A stretch of DNA of 55,582 nucleotides from Corallochytrium limacisporum Hawaii (lineage: Eukaryota > Protista > Pluriformea), in NCBI GenBank assembly GCA_002811645.1, contig PDIP01000261.1, positions 1 to 55,582 of the forward strand, given 5' to 3'. The notes under the pieces were generated by a model that was not told where the DNA came from, made no database searches, and saw only the letters and a program-made list of their open reading frames with translations. Numbering within the stretch: the first letter of the stretch is position 1; each line of letters opens with the position of its first letter. Positions 31,198 to 42,016 of this stretch are shown here, piece by piece. A program made the translations under genes and the position numbers.

Positions 31198-31610
31198 TTC
31201 ATGTGACTAGTACTCAGATTCGAAAAAGGAACAACATATGGACTCTCAAACTTGTGAGTAGTGTCGTGGAGGATTTGGAAATGACATTTCAATGATGAGC
31301 ACCCTTGCCCATGTCTTCCAGCTAGATTTGATATTTCACATACCCATACACATCCCAAAGTTGGACATTCTGAGCTGCTATTGAAAAATGGCGATTGATT
31401 TGCATCCGTTAGAACCCCCCGTTCCAAGACGTACTACGTCACCCACCCACGTATGCCAGCAAGAGCTGGATAGGTCCGACTCATATCCATTCAATATATT
31501 CAATATAGAGACATTAAGGTACACACGAGTATGCGTGAAATCCCAACGGCACAGTTTCGTCTTAGGTGTTTTCTGAAATTGCGGACGAATCGCACGTCAA
31601 ATCACAGGGC

Positions 31611-31699
31611 GGATCAACACAAGGCAACAAGAGCGGATCAACACAAGGCAACAGGGGCGGATCAACACAAGGCAACAAGGGTGGATCAACACAAGGCAA
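31611..31699. repeat. 24-bp minisatellite, about 3.7 copies
   Basis: GGATCAACACAAGGCAA recurs at 31611, 31635, 31659 and 31683. Confidence 0.95.
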
Positions 31700-32968
31700 G
31701 ACGTTCCCAGGACACACGAGACCAGAGTAATGAGACGTAAACATGGCATGCCTCACCATCAGTTTGTTGATATGCCCCGTGTGCTGCGGATTACAATATT
31801 GCCGGTCCAAGGGGTAGACATTTTCTCCTTCCGTGGACACTGACTGTCAAAACAACACCAACAGCATTTGACCATGATCTGAACGCCGTGATTGGGTGCT
31901 GCAGCCTCCTTTACAGCAGCGGTCTTTCCTTTGTCTGCGTGTTCGCGTCTCGCCGTCACTGTTGCCGCGAGATCAAATCGCCAGAGCGTCGTACATACAA
32001 ACACTTGCCGCCGGCCCACCAGCCTACCATGCACACACCATCCATGCCAGCAATCTCGTTCCCGCTTTTGCGTCGAAGACTGTTACGCGCATGTTCATCA
32101 CCACGATCCTTGTTACCACCTATAAGCTCAGCAGCAATCGACTTCGAGTGCGGTTCCTTCATTTGCGAGAAGAAAAAGGGGGAGGGAAGCGGAGAGAGCT
32201 CACCCCACAGAACACGGCCGCGAGTGGGCAATCCCTTCTGCTCCATAGCAAACCTTGAGACTTAGCACTTTCCTTTTTGGGGCGAAAAAACAAAGAGAAT
32301 GAATGAAAGGAATTTTTTGATATAACCAGCGGGTGCCACGCCGAGAACGGCCAATTCAGTACAAAATGTACGGTCCATTTCTTGCACACGGTGACCAGAA
32401 CGAACAAAAAAAACAGGGACCCGAAGCGCGCAAGAGCGAAGAGTCAGCGTATTTTCCCCAGTTTCAACGCTTCCTCTTTTCCCCATTGCCAAGACCTTCG
32501 ATCGCTAGATTCTCCCCTTCCAGGAAGACGGGCTCCCCTGGGGTTGCCGGTTGGGGGCTGTTAAAAAGGGGAGGCGGGAGGGGGTAATGAAGAGTCGGAG
32601 TCTCATGACCTGATTTATTCCAGTGTCATTGCCCTATATGTATAGACATAAAAATACGATTGCGAAAAAGTGGTTCTGTCGATGCGGCCGTAGATGATTG
32701 AGAGGTCCCACCGTGCGCACTGTGGCTCTGGTTGGGAGGGAGACCCGCCAAACAAAGCAAAAGGGAGGGGGAGCCGGTGACCGCGGCCCCTTTCCCCTTC
32801 GAGCAAGAGGTTCATTTGCTGACCATTTCTCTGTTGCTCATCGAAGTTGTCACCACTTAGAGTCATCATCATTTGGCACCTATCCCGATTGATCTGGTTT
32901 AGAATTTTGTTTTTCCACCACAATAGAAGATACCATTCTTTAATCCCATACATCCGCGGATCCGATCG

Positions 32969-35900
32969 ATGCGCAACGAAAGCCGGGTCTCTTGTGTCGA
33001 AACACTTGGTACTTGTGAAGGTCCAGTGACATCTCAACGCTCTATAGACGCCCATTACTATTATCTTCCAAAAACCGAGATAGGGATACAGAAGACCTTC
33101 GCTTTATCGCAAGGAACTACCAAAAGCAACGTTCAAACTTCGAAGATTCTCTCGATCAATAACTATACCCAAAAATCAAAAGACACAATGATCTGTGACC
33201 AGCCGATGCAAACTACATCCAATAACACGATGACAATGCCTGAACCTCCACAATACCTACTTTGTCCCCTGACCATGGCTCTCATGGACTGCCCCGTAAC
33301 TGCACAGGACGGCTACACCTACGAAGACCGTGCCATCCGCCAATGGCTGAGCCATTCCGCAACCTCTCCCATAACCCGCCAGCGTATGGATGCCGGGTCA
33401 CTGCTGCCGAACCGCGTTGTTCGCGACCTTACCGAGGACTGGTGTAAGAAGCACGGCATTCAGGGTGTGGAGCCTGCACCCACAGGCCCAGCCATTAATT
33501 TCCTTACCTTGTCCGAGATACAGCTCTCTGAGCAACTTCAGTCGCGACGTGAAGCCGGACTGCGACTGCCAGGGGAATATTGGGCGGCTCTGAAGCAACG
33601 TGGGCAGCAGCAGCAGCGGATTCATCTATCTGTCAACCAGATATTGGCACCAGCAGTAATGACCTCCGTTACAGACTGCAACGGAGTCTTTGAATCCAGC
33701 CATGGTGGTGGAAACTCTGATGTACACTCCCCCACTCTCCCCCACACTGTCCTGCGCCTCGAAACTGTCACTGAAGGTCACCCAACCGAAACGGATTTTG
33801 GTCCGTCGACTGCTGATGTAGTCGATGGTCAGCGCAGAGCCCCCATTGACGTCATCTGCGTCCTCGATATTTCCTCATCTATGGACCGCAGTGCCGCCAT
33901 GGCAGGTGCCGAACTTAATGTCTCTTTTCTTGACCTCGTCCGGCATGCCGCCAAGACTGTGGCGCATCTACTTGGGCCAGACGACCGTCTCGGACTCATA
34001 ACCTTTGGATCCCACGCGACAGTGGCGATGGACCCCGTGCCCATGGACGGTGCAGGTAAGGAACGTGCGGACGCCGTCGTGGAAGCAATTCGCACCGCTG
34101 GTGCGACGAATTTGTGGGCCGGTCTACGCCTTGGCCTGGACCTCGTTGCTGAGCTCCGGACTGTTGATGCCAAGGACGCTGCCAAGTACGGTCTGGCCAG
34201 TACACGCCCGGCCTTCGTCCTACTTCTCACAGATGGAGAGCCGAATCAACGTCCTGCTTCCGGTACTGAAGACGTTGCTATGCTTCGGCACATGCGCAAA
34301 CGGGGTTTGGACACGCAGGGAGGTGTCAGTGTGCACACTTTGGCTTTTGGTTTTGATGCCATAGACACGGAACTGCTGTCCGCCATTGCGCTCAAGGGGC
34401 AGGGCAGTTATGCATACATTCCAGACTCTGGCTTTGTGGGCACAATATTTGCACACGCGGTCGCAAACATGCTCACAACTGCGGTCGTGAATACACGCGT
34501 CTGTTTTGAGTTTGAGAGAGATCCGTCCGCACTGGGCATTGGATCTGACGGTGCATCTCAGTTCACCTCGTCTGCAGTTGAAGACCCAGTGAAGGCTGTA
34601 GGGCCCTGGCCCGACTCTCATCTCGATAGCTGCAACACTGACACGTTCTGGCTCTCCGTGTCACTAGGCGCCCTCCACCATGGACAAGCACGGGAATGCG
34701 TCCTACCTCTGTGGAACCCATGCCTACGTCTGCGTTCAGTACGTGTCGAATACCGATCCGTTGGAGGTTCCATGGCTTTCGACGGCGGTGACGTCGAGGT
34801 GGTAAACGTCGATTTGCGCAACAGGGAGTACGACGATGACTTTCAACTGCTGCACCCCGCTGAAGCGCTGACGGCAGTTGTTCGCGCTACCTTTGCGGAG
34901 GCATTAGTGCGTATTGGCTCCGTCCGCACTGGCGGGAACAATGCCGCAAAGTCTGCGGCCTCCGTGATGGATCGACTACGGGGGCCCTTCTTTGGCAGCG
35001 CAACAGACTTTCCTTGGCCCGCGGAATCTGGTGGTGAACCGCCGCTATCGCACACTGCACGACAGGCGCTTGTCAAGAGGCTCCAAGGGTTAGGCATTGA
35101 CTTCAACGGCGAGATCACAGCCGCGGTCAGTTCGGAGCAGAACTTCAATCGTTGGGGCAGGCACTACTTCCAGAGTCTTGGGCACGCCCACCGCATTCAA
35201 GAGCGTAACAACTTTAAGGACGCGGGCGTTGCAGTATATGGCGGTGCCCTCTTTAAGCGTTTAGTTGAGCTTGGCTCGGACACTTTCGACGACCTCGAGC
35301 CGCCGTCCATACGCGGAAGTCCATACTTTAACCGTGGGGGTCGGTCGATGCAGATCAACCCGACATCCTATGCATCGCTGAATCTTGAGTCGAACCCGTG
35401 TGTCTCCGGAGATACAATGATTGCCGTTCGTGCTGTCAACAAAGGCGGTTCTGCAAATCTGACGCCATTGTTAAAGCGAGCCGACGATCTTCGATCAGGT
35501 GATGTCCTCGCAAACGGCGCAGTGGTTGATTGGGTGCTTCGCACAGTCTTTCCACAACCAACCCTACAGTCCATGACAGCTCTCTACATGGACACCGACA
35601 GACAGCGTGAAGAGATCCTCATCACTCCTTGGCATCCCATCCGTCGTTCTCGACACGACAATGAATTGGACGGCGATGCCATGGTCACCGACGATGAAGA
35701 AGACAGTAATCGAAGCGTCATCAAGCGCCATGTCTTCCCTTGCGAAGCCGTGCCTGCTCAGGCCACCCAGGATCGATGGGTCACTTCTCTCGTCTCAATC
35801 GTCACTCGGCGTAACTCGGCCACGGGCCGCAGACCGGGTGTACCCATCGGTAGTCAAAGTGTAGTTGAAATGGTTAGCCTCGGCCATGGCATCCCTGCCA

Positions 35901-36175
35901 GTGAAGATCCCGTGGCCGCACACCAGTACCTCGGCACAGACCGCATTGTGGGGGATCTACGATTGATATCCGCCGCATTGCTCAGGAATGTTCGAGAGAT
36001 CAGTGTCGGGCCGAACGCTTTAGTACGGTCCACAGAGACCGGACTTGTCGTTGGCATTCGCCCAGATTTCGTTTTGGTACCACCACCAACAATGGTAGCG
36101 GTTCGTGGTCAAGGACAGCCACCAACGCTGCAGCACTCTCCCTGGCAGAGACAGCAGACTCCATGCGGTGTGTGA
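32969..36175 (+). CDS. U-box-VWA-Vwaint-Vint (Hint domain) protein; true start may be ATG 33188
   Basis: U-box (LCPLTMALMDCPV..DGYTYEDRAIRQWL..SPITR..LLPN), VWA MIDAS (LDISSSM, GATN, LLTDGEPN), Vwaint (WGRHYFQSL..AH..QERNNFKDAGV..YG) and Hint (PCVSGDTMI, ITPWHPI, LGHG, HQYLG). Confidence 0.92.
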   Translation: MRNESRVSCVETLGTCEGPVTSQRSIDAHYYYLPKTEIGIQKTFALSQGTTKSNVQTSKILSINNYTQKSKDTMICDQPMQTTSNNTMTMPEPPQYLLCPLTMALMDCPVTAQDGYTYEDRAIRQWLSHSATSPITRQRMDAGSLLPNRVVRDLTEDWCKKHGIQGVEPAPTGPAINFLTLSEIQLSEQLQSRREAGLRLPGEYWAALKQRGQQQQRIHLSVNQILAPAVMTSVTDCNGVFESSHGGGNSDVHSPTLPHTVLRLETVTEGHPTETDFGPSTADVVDGQRRAPIDVICVLDISSSMDRSAAMAGAELNVSFLDLVRHAAKTVAHLLGPDDRLGLITFGSHATVAMDPVPMDGAGKERADAVVEAIRTAGATNLWAGLRLGLDLVAELRTVDAKDAAKYGLASTRPAFVLLLTDGEPNQRPASGTEDVAMLRHMRKRGLDTQGGVSVHTLAFGFDAIDTELLSAIALKGQGSYAYIPDSGFVGTIFAHAVANMLTTAVVNTRVCFEFERDPSALGIGSDGASQFTSSAVEDPVKAVGPWPDSHLDSCNTDTFWLSVSLGALHHGQARECVLPLWNPCLRLRSVRVEYRSVGGSMAFDGGDVEVVNVDLRNREYDDDFQLLHPAEALTAVVRATFAEALVRIGSVRTGGNNAAKSAASVMDRLRGPFFGSATDFPWPAESGGEPPLSHTARQALVKRLQGLGIDFNGEITAAVSSEQNFNRWGRHYFQSLGHAHRIQERNNFKDAGVAVYGGALFKRLVELGSDTFDDLEPPSIRGSPYFNRGGRSMQINPTSYASLNLESNPCVSGDTMIAVRAVNKGGSANLTPLLKRADDLRSGDVLANGAVVDWVLRTVFPQPTLQSMTALYMDTDRQREEILITPWHPIRRSRHDNELDGDAMVTDDEEDSNRSVIKRHVFPCEAVPAQATQDRWVTSLVSIVTRRNSATGRRPGVPIGSQSVVEMVSLGHGIPASEDPVAAHQYLGTDRIVGDLRLISAALLRNVREISVGPNALVRSTETGLVVGIRPDFVLVPPPTMVAVRGQGQPPTLQHSPWQRQQTPCGV

Positions 36176-36281
36176 CTTGACTGGAGCATTTTTGACGATC
36201 CAGCTACGATAGTAAAATACATTGCTTCATTATGGTTAACTCAAGACACACATCTGTTGAAATGTTTATGTGGGTGCTTGA

Positions 36282-36977
36282 TCAGTAGTGGGTGTGACAC
36301 TTAGAGCTCTGGTCCGACTGCCCATCGCCCTCACGTGCCTTCCAAAATCCCTTACCATAGCTGATCAGAAGTTCACTGCCTTTCTGAATGTCATCGATTG
36401 CGTATATACCAATGTACGTGTGACCCCGAGTGTCGATTCGGTCCCGAAAGCAGACATTAGGCCGGTTCTTGGGTTGATATTGGTTGGGCTTGCCGCTAGC
36501 ACTTTTTGTTCGTTGATGCCTGCCAGGGACCACTGGCACCCCTCGGTAGTCATTCACAAACCGTGCTTCATTTCCAAACCCTCTGTCCGCATCGATGGCC
36601 AGCACAGACTGAGGTCCAAAGCCAAGGACGTAGTCCGAGTTCTCAGAAGCGGATTCAGCAGTGGTTACGTAGCCGAGGTAGTCGACCAAATGCTCGCTTT
36701 CGCGAATCGCCTTCGCCGCGAAGAGGCCACGCTGGCCGTGAGCGGGATGACCCGGCTGAGTGATCGCTTTGATCACCAGGGAAGGATTTGGCTTCGCGTC
36801 ATTCTTCACCCGTGGCTTCGTGGTTGGAGCGACAGTGGCCTTGTGTTCTGTGCTCACTGCAGGATCCCAGACAAGGTCGGTTACATAATTTAGATTGAAA
36901 GCGTCTGTTGAACCCTTACTAGTGGGTTTGGCTGTTGTATTACCGGCTGAACTGGGCCAGCCCTTGGGATAGTTCAT
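36282..36977 (-). CDS. Small SET-domain methyltransferase (NDYRG type)
   Basis: HPAHGQRGLFA, DYLG, GNEARFVNDYRG and IQKGSELLISYGKGFW. Likely start MNYPKGWP at 36977. Confidence 0.88.
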   Translation of the reverse strand: MNYPKGWPSSAGNTTAKPTSKGSTDAFNLNYVTDLVWDPAVSTEHKATVAPTTKPRVKNDAKPNPSLVIKAITQPGHPAHGQRGLFAAKAIRESEHLVDYLGYVTTAESASENSDYVLGFGPQSVLAIDADRGFGNEARFVNDYRGVPVVPGRHQRTKSASGKPNQYQPKNRPNVCFRDRIDTRGHTYIGIYAIDDIQKGSELLISYGKGFWKAREGDGQSDQSSKCHTHY

Positions 36978-37421
36978 TGCAGCATGCTTAATAGTTGAAG
37001 TTACATGAGACCTTAGTCTGACCATACAATGGAATGCTACATATACACGAAGGCGTTTGAACCCCCTAGAGTATCCATGAAGTACCCACCGGGATGAGAC
37101 CCGCAGGGTTGGTAATTCCCAGGTGGGGAGAACTAGACTTTTCTTTCGAGGTTTCAAACGAAAGCGAGTTCCGAAACAAGTCGCTCTCGCAATGTCTAAC
37201 AACTACGGCGTGTATTATTTATCTTTGTGTGTTTTTGACCAGGCATTGCCGATAAGTTGATACGAATGATCTGTCAAGTGCTTGCAAGGACTTGGAAGAG
37301 ATCAATGTCACAACGAGTTTACAATACTGTACGAAACTTCAAACCACAGAAATGTGGGAAATAAACAGGAATTAAACGGACACTAGGTCATTGCCTACGA
37401 AGATAGACAGCGAGTCAACGC

Positions 37422-39083
37422 TCAGAAGTCCCTTTCGAATGACTGGCGACGCTTGTCCGGCCGCTCGCCAATGTGGCCTGCCATTTGGTGCGCCCTAGCG
37501 GCCCGACTCGCCTCCGCCATCGATTTCGCTAGTACCGCAGCATCCGGAGGAGACCTTTCTCCGGGGATCTTACCATCATCATTTTCAGCACCTTTGTCGT
37601 CATCAAATCCTTCCTTCCGCTGCCTCCTGGCTTCCATTTGCTCGCTAAACTGCACAGGGATGCTCACCGGCAGCGAAGCTGCCACAGGCATAACACCGAC
37701 TGTGGCACCTAGTGACCGAGCCGCTTCCATTTGCTCTGGGTCGCTTGCATCTGGAAGAGCCTTGAGAGATGCTTCGAGAATCTCTCCGCTACTCACACTG
37801 ACGCTGTCTTCATGGTCATCAAAGATATCGTCTTCGAGCATGTCCTTATTGTTGTCTCGGGGAGAGAAGATGTTGCTGTGGGGTACTACCCCAGCATCAG
37901 TCATGGTGTTCCCCAGCGCAGCAGCCATGGCACTGGCACCCTGGTGTCCCATATTAAGACTACCAATAACATCGGAAAGGTCGAATTCCAATTCAGTATT
38001 ACTGTCATTGCCGTGGGACCGCCTCGGTCGCGCGGGTTTGAGAGCGATGGGAGAGAATTTGCCAGCTTCATTCGCACCACTTCCTTCTGGTGGCTTCATT
38101 ACGAGTCCTCCGGATGACGCCGAGGACCGCTCCGTGGATGCGAACGACGGGCGATCGGTGGTCTCTACTGCCAATGTTCCGGACTGTCGCTGCTGCTCAT
38201 CTGGCTCCAGAGAGCCCGCACCAACAGGTGGCAACAAGGACTGCCCTTGCGAGGTCGTGTCTTTCTTCTCACCGGCCCGCGTAGCATTCGGTCCCAGGGA
38301 AAGCCAACTCTTCTTGGCCATGAACAAAATGTTGCGCATATCATCCTGCAGAGTGGCCCGACGGTGTCGCAACTTGGTCTCTTCCTCTTTCTTCAACTGT
38401 TGGATGCGCTCGGCACTCTCCCGCTGGGCCTGCATGATCGCTCTTTGGAACTGTTCTTCGAGATCGAGACCCAAAGACCTCAGAGAGTCCGCAATGTCTG
38501 TACGTTCTTCCGGTGTTAGGCTGTCCAGCACGGGCTGAAGCAGACTGTCCGCGTGCACGGATGTGCCGGATGCCTCCGCGTCGGACCCGGAAGGAGCAGC
38601 TCCCGCCTTCTTCTCCGTTGTCTCCGGCAGCAATAGTTCAAAACTGCGGCTATAATTCGGCCTAGCCTTCGCAGCAGCCTCATTCAGAGGCTTCATACCA
38701 CTGAACACAGTCACAGTTGGTGTTGCAATCAAAGTTCCCGACTCGGCGCTATTAAGAGACGGAGACGCCACTCCTGAACTCCGTCCTGGTTTGACGTGCG
38801 TGAGCATACCACATAGTACACAGACCATGGCATTGCTATCACCAACTGTGTGCAAAAGTGACTGTACCTTTACAGTAATGCATTCTGCAGGAACTTTGCC
38901 TGGGATAGGTACTGCATAGCTTTTTCGACTAGCCGAGTTCGGATCATTATTGTTACTGTCTTCTGAAGCCCCTGGACCGACCTTCGGCGGTGGCCATTGA
39001 TCTAAGGATGTCTTTATACGCACGTTCAGGCACGGGCAACTCAGCACGTAACCATTACTTGCAGCCAAACTCATGCCGACCAT
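37422..39083 (-). CDS. PRAS40/AKT1S1 (Lobe)-like TORC1 regulator with N-terminal Cys-rich domain
   Basis: N-terminal CPCLNVRI...CVLCG. C-terminal AASLPVSIP, RSPPD..LAKSM and IGERPDKRRQSF parallel PRAS40 AKSLPVSVP, SPD..IAASM and FGDLPRPRLNTSDF. Confidence 0.68.
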   Translation of the reverse strand: MVGMSLAASNGYVLSCPCLNVRIKTSLDQWPPPKVGPGASEDSNNNDPNSASRKSYAVPIPGKVPAECITVKVQSLLHTVGDSNAMVCVLCGMLTHVKPGRSSGVASPSLNSAESGTLIATPTVTVFSGMKPLNEAAAKARPNYSRSFELLLPETTEKKAGAAPSGSDAEASGTSVHADSLLQPVLDSLTPEERTDIADSLRSLGLDLEEQFQRAIMQAQRESAERIQQLKKEEETKLRHRRATLQDDMRNILFMAKKSWLSLGPNATRAGEKKDTTSQGQSLLPPVGAGSLEPDEQQRQSGTLAVETTDRPSFASTERSSASSGGLVMKPPEGSGANEAGKFSPIALKPARPRRSHGNDSNTELEFDLSDVIGSLNMGHQGASAMAAALGNTMTDAGVVPHSNIFSPRDNNKDMLEDDIFDDHEDSVSVSSGEILEASLKALPDASDPEQMEAARSLGATVGVMPVAASLPVSIPVQFSEQMEARRQRKEGFDDDKGAENDDGKIPGERSPPDAAVLAKSMAEASRAARAHQMAGHIGERPDKRRQSFERDF

Positions 39084-39891
39084 TGGTGAAGACTATACTT
39101 GCTACTATGTATTTCCTAATCTCTGACCGATCACAGGCTAACTACATGACTACAATCGCCCAGGACTGCGTATCGCTGTGATATCACCTGACTTTCAACA
39201 ATGGTATTCTCTTTATACCGTGTACTGACTCATTTCATCCAGACATACATCACAGTCGACAAATACCTCATTAAGATGAGCTGTGAAGCTGGCCAGCTGT
39301 CCTCAATATCACCAAATCCCAGATTTCCAATACATTGCGTATTCCTCCTTGGCCCTCCGACCCGGGTCTGCCCTATTTGTTCACTGGTTTCCTTGCGATC
39401 GGACAAGGAGGACGACAGAAATTGGGCTAGAAATCGAGAGACCATTCTCTTCCCCGTTATACTCACGTCAGCAGAGCATGTGTTTCATTTTTCAGTACAT
39501 TCAGTACCAAACATCTGGGGCCGATTTTCTTAGCACAATTTTGAAATTTGTACAGAACGAGTGTGTCTGTTCGGACGGGACCCAATGGGAAATATTTCAA
39601 GAAAATTTGGTGAAGTATATTAAAAGAGGGTCTTTCGTTTAGCACGGCCAGCCGCATACTGAAAGTACCTGGGACAGCAACTTGCGCTATTTTTGTCGTT
39701 GCGAGTGCGTAGGGGAGGTCCCGCACAACCCACAGCACCCCGGTAGCTGTTTTCGTTCGGAGTTGAAATTGAGTTTCAAGTATCTGATGAAGCTACAAGA
39801 GCATATCTATAGATTGCCATCGATGATGTATTATATGGCTGTCCACAATTTTGGTGTCGTCGGATCAAGCATCAAAACGAGTCTCAACAAT

Positions 39892-40695
39892 ATGACTTCC
39901 AACCTTGTAAGCGTGACCCGCAGAGGTGCGGTGCAGATAATCACTATCAACCGTCCTGAAGCCAGAAACGCGGTCAACCGACCCTGCGCACAAGCACTGG
40001 CCGATGCCTTCCGCGCCTTTGATGAGGACGAGAGCTCTATGGTCGCGGTTCTGACTGGATCGAACAATACGTTCTGCGCAGGCGCAGACCTGAAAGGTGT
40101 GGCAACTGGCAAAGCGAACGCTATGGAAGACGACATGGACAAGGACGGACCAATGGGCCCCTCCCGATTTCTCCTCCGGAAGCCAGTAATTGCTGCCATC
40201 TCTGGTTATGCAGTTGCTGGTGGTCTGGAGCTGGCCTGCTGGTGCGACATGCGCGTGGTGGAGGAAACAGCTATTATGGGCGTCCTTTGTCGGCGATGGG
40301 GTGTACCGCTGATTGACGGTGGCACGGTCCGTCTGCCGCGCCTGATTGGGCTAAGCCACGCCATGGACTTGATCCTCACAGGTCGCGAAGTTGGTGGCGC
40401 GGAGGCGTACCGCATCGGCCTTGCAAACCGTCTTGTTGGCCACGGCAAGAGCTTGGAGGCTGCCATTGAACTTGCGGAATCGCTGACCAAGTTTCCGCAG
40501 CAATGCATGCGTAACGATCGTCTGAGTGCGTACCGTGCGTATGGCCTTGGGGTGGAAGATGCCCTTGCGCAGGAGTTCCATCGCTACGGTAAACCGTCGG
40601 TCGCAGCTGGTGCGGCACAGGGCGCGCAAACCTTCGTTGACCGCCAGAAGACAAGGACCGATCGCGACCCGAACTACAAGAAGAGCAAGATGTAG
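39892..40695 (+). CDS. Enoyl-CoA hydratase/isomerase (crotonase) with PTS1-like C-terminus SKM
   Basis: INRPEARNAV, FCAGADL, GPMGPSR, KPVIAAISGYAVAGGLELA and CRRWGVPLIDGGTVRLPRLIG. ATG 39892 fits the family length. Confidence 0.92.
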   Translation: MTSNLVSVTRRGAVQIITINRPEARNAVNRPCAQALADAFRAFDEDESSMVAVLTGSNNTFCAGADLKGVATGKANAMEDDMDKDGPMGPSRFLLRKPVIAAISGYAVAGGLELACWCDMRVVEETAIMGVLCRRWGVPLIDGGTVRLPRLIGLSHAMDLILTGREVGGAEAYRIGLANRLVGHGKSLEAAIELAESLTKFPQQCMRNDRLSAYRAYGLGVEDALAQEFHRYGKPSVAAGAAQGAQTFVDRQKTRTDRDPNYKKSKM

Positions 40696-40769
40696 TGGAT
40701 TATGTGTCCATGACAGTAACATTTGAGGCATTAGAATTAGTACAAGACTAGGTTCTTTAAACTTATAGA

Positions 40770-41195
40770 TCAAGCCACAGATTTCCGCTTTTTTGCAAAG
40801 ACCGTGATTTCGAAAATCATTTTTTCGTCAAATAGCTTAGCGATCCACATTGTGGCGGCCGGCCGAACTGGATCCATCCAGTGTTTGATAACTGGTTGAG
40901 CTTTGAGAAAGCTCGCTCTGTCTGTGACAATGTATTCAACCCGGACAATGTCTTCCATGCAAAACCCTTCCCTTGTCAAGGCGTCGTTGACGTTCTTGAA
41001 GCACTGGTCGTACTGTGTACGTGGATCATCGCTGATTGTCATAGTAGAATAGTCATAACCGGTGGTGCCACTCAGCCAGCACTGATCGCCTTCGACCACA
41101 GCCCGACTGTAGGCAAAGTCCTCTTCGAAAGTAGAACCCGAGGATACGTGCTTGCGAGAGGAAGTCATTCTTACCAGTATGTCAGATAGTTTCAT
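40770..41195 (-). CDS. Rid (YjgF/YER057c/UK114) family protein, bacterial-like
   Basis: SSGSTFEEDFAYSRAVV, LSGTTGYDYSTMTISDD, DIVRV, VRPAATM and FEITVFA. The start may be 41168. Confidence 0.9.
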   Translation of the reverse strand: MKLSDILVRMTSSRKHVSSGSTFEEDFAYSRAVVEGDQCWLSGTTGYDYSTMTISDDPRTQYDQCFKNVNDALTREGFCMEDIVRVEYIVTDRASFLKAQPVIKHWMDPVRPAATMWIAKLFDEKMIFEITVFAKKRKSVA

Positions 41196-42016
41196 TAGAA
41201 CGTGCAGTCAAATGAATCCACGACAGTTGATCGTATCCGAGTGTAGCTACCTTCTCAGCTCATAGTCTACAGTTGTCCACTGAGCACCGTATGGTTGTCC
41301 GGGCTCCTTGCTGGCATCCGTGTGCAGGCCCGACTCCGTTCCGTCTGGCTTTGCCGTTGGCGTTACTGCGAGGGGGAAGCGCCTCCCGGGGACTGTTTGT
41401 GTCCCCGCCGACCCACCGTTCCCTCCCCTCCCTCCTCTTCCGGGCCCCCGCCGGGCAATTCCCCTTTGCGGGATGGAGGGGCCCAGCCTTCTCACAGCCG
41501 CTCAGCCTCCCAGCGGCGCGAAAACGCAAAGACAAAGAAAAGAAAAAAGCCATTCCCTACCTCCCGCTGCTCAATTTTCTGCCCGCACGACTACCGCCGC
41601 GTGACCGCTGTGTGGAGCTAAGAGTTTACTTTCCCTGTGCTACCCCCAACGTTGCCATTGCAGTGGCCGTATGACACCACTCTTCCCGTCGAGACCTGGC
41701 CGGAAACCTGGCGAGAGAAAGCATCCGAAACGCAGGCAGATTTCCCTGTTGTTTGGGCTTTGGTGAAAACGTGTCCCATATTCAGGCCATTGGGATCATG
41801 TGCTCATGTTGTTGTACTGCTGACCAAAAGCGTTTCAGCTATTTGAAAGGAATGCGCTGTGAAGCACTACTAACGTTAAGTAAACAATGAATGTGTAGAA
41901 CAAAGGAATGAAAAAAGTTCCCAGTGAGACAAGATGGCACAGGCATCATGTTGAGTTGATGTTGGATTGTTGTCACAAGTTTCCATTAGTGTAATATAGT
42001 ACCATAGTAGCAAACA

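Noticed and set aside
31611-31699. CRISPR-like array
   Set aside because: The variable parts are only 7 bp and similar to each other, there are no cas genes, and the context is eukaryotic; it is a minisatellite.
36161-36175. CaaX prenylation motif at the Vint protein C-terminus (TPCGV)
   Set aside because: The Cys is third from the end, not fourth.
37453-38538. 361-aa plus-strand ORF (likewise 22018-22674, 36288-36893 and 52591-53220)
   Set aside because: Antisense shadows of well-supported genes, with no domain signal.
39682-39891. N-terminal extensions from GTG/TTG starts in the ORF track (also 380, 12898, 37202 and 45126)
   Set aside because: Eukaryotic context; downstream ATGs match the family N-termini.
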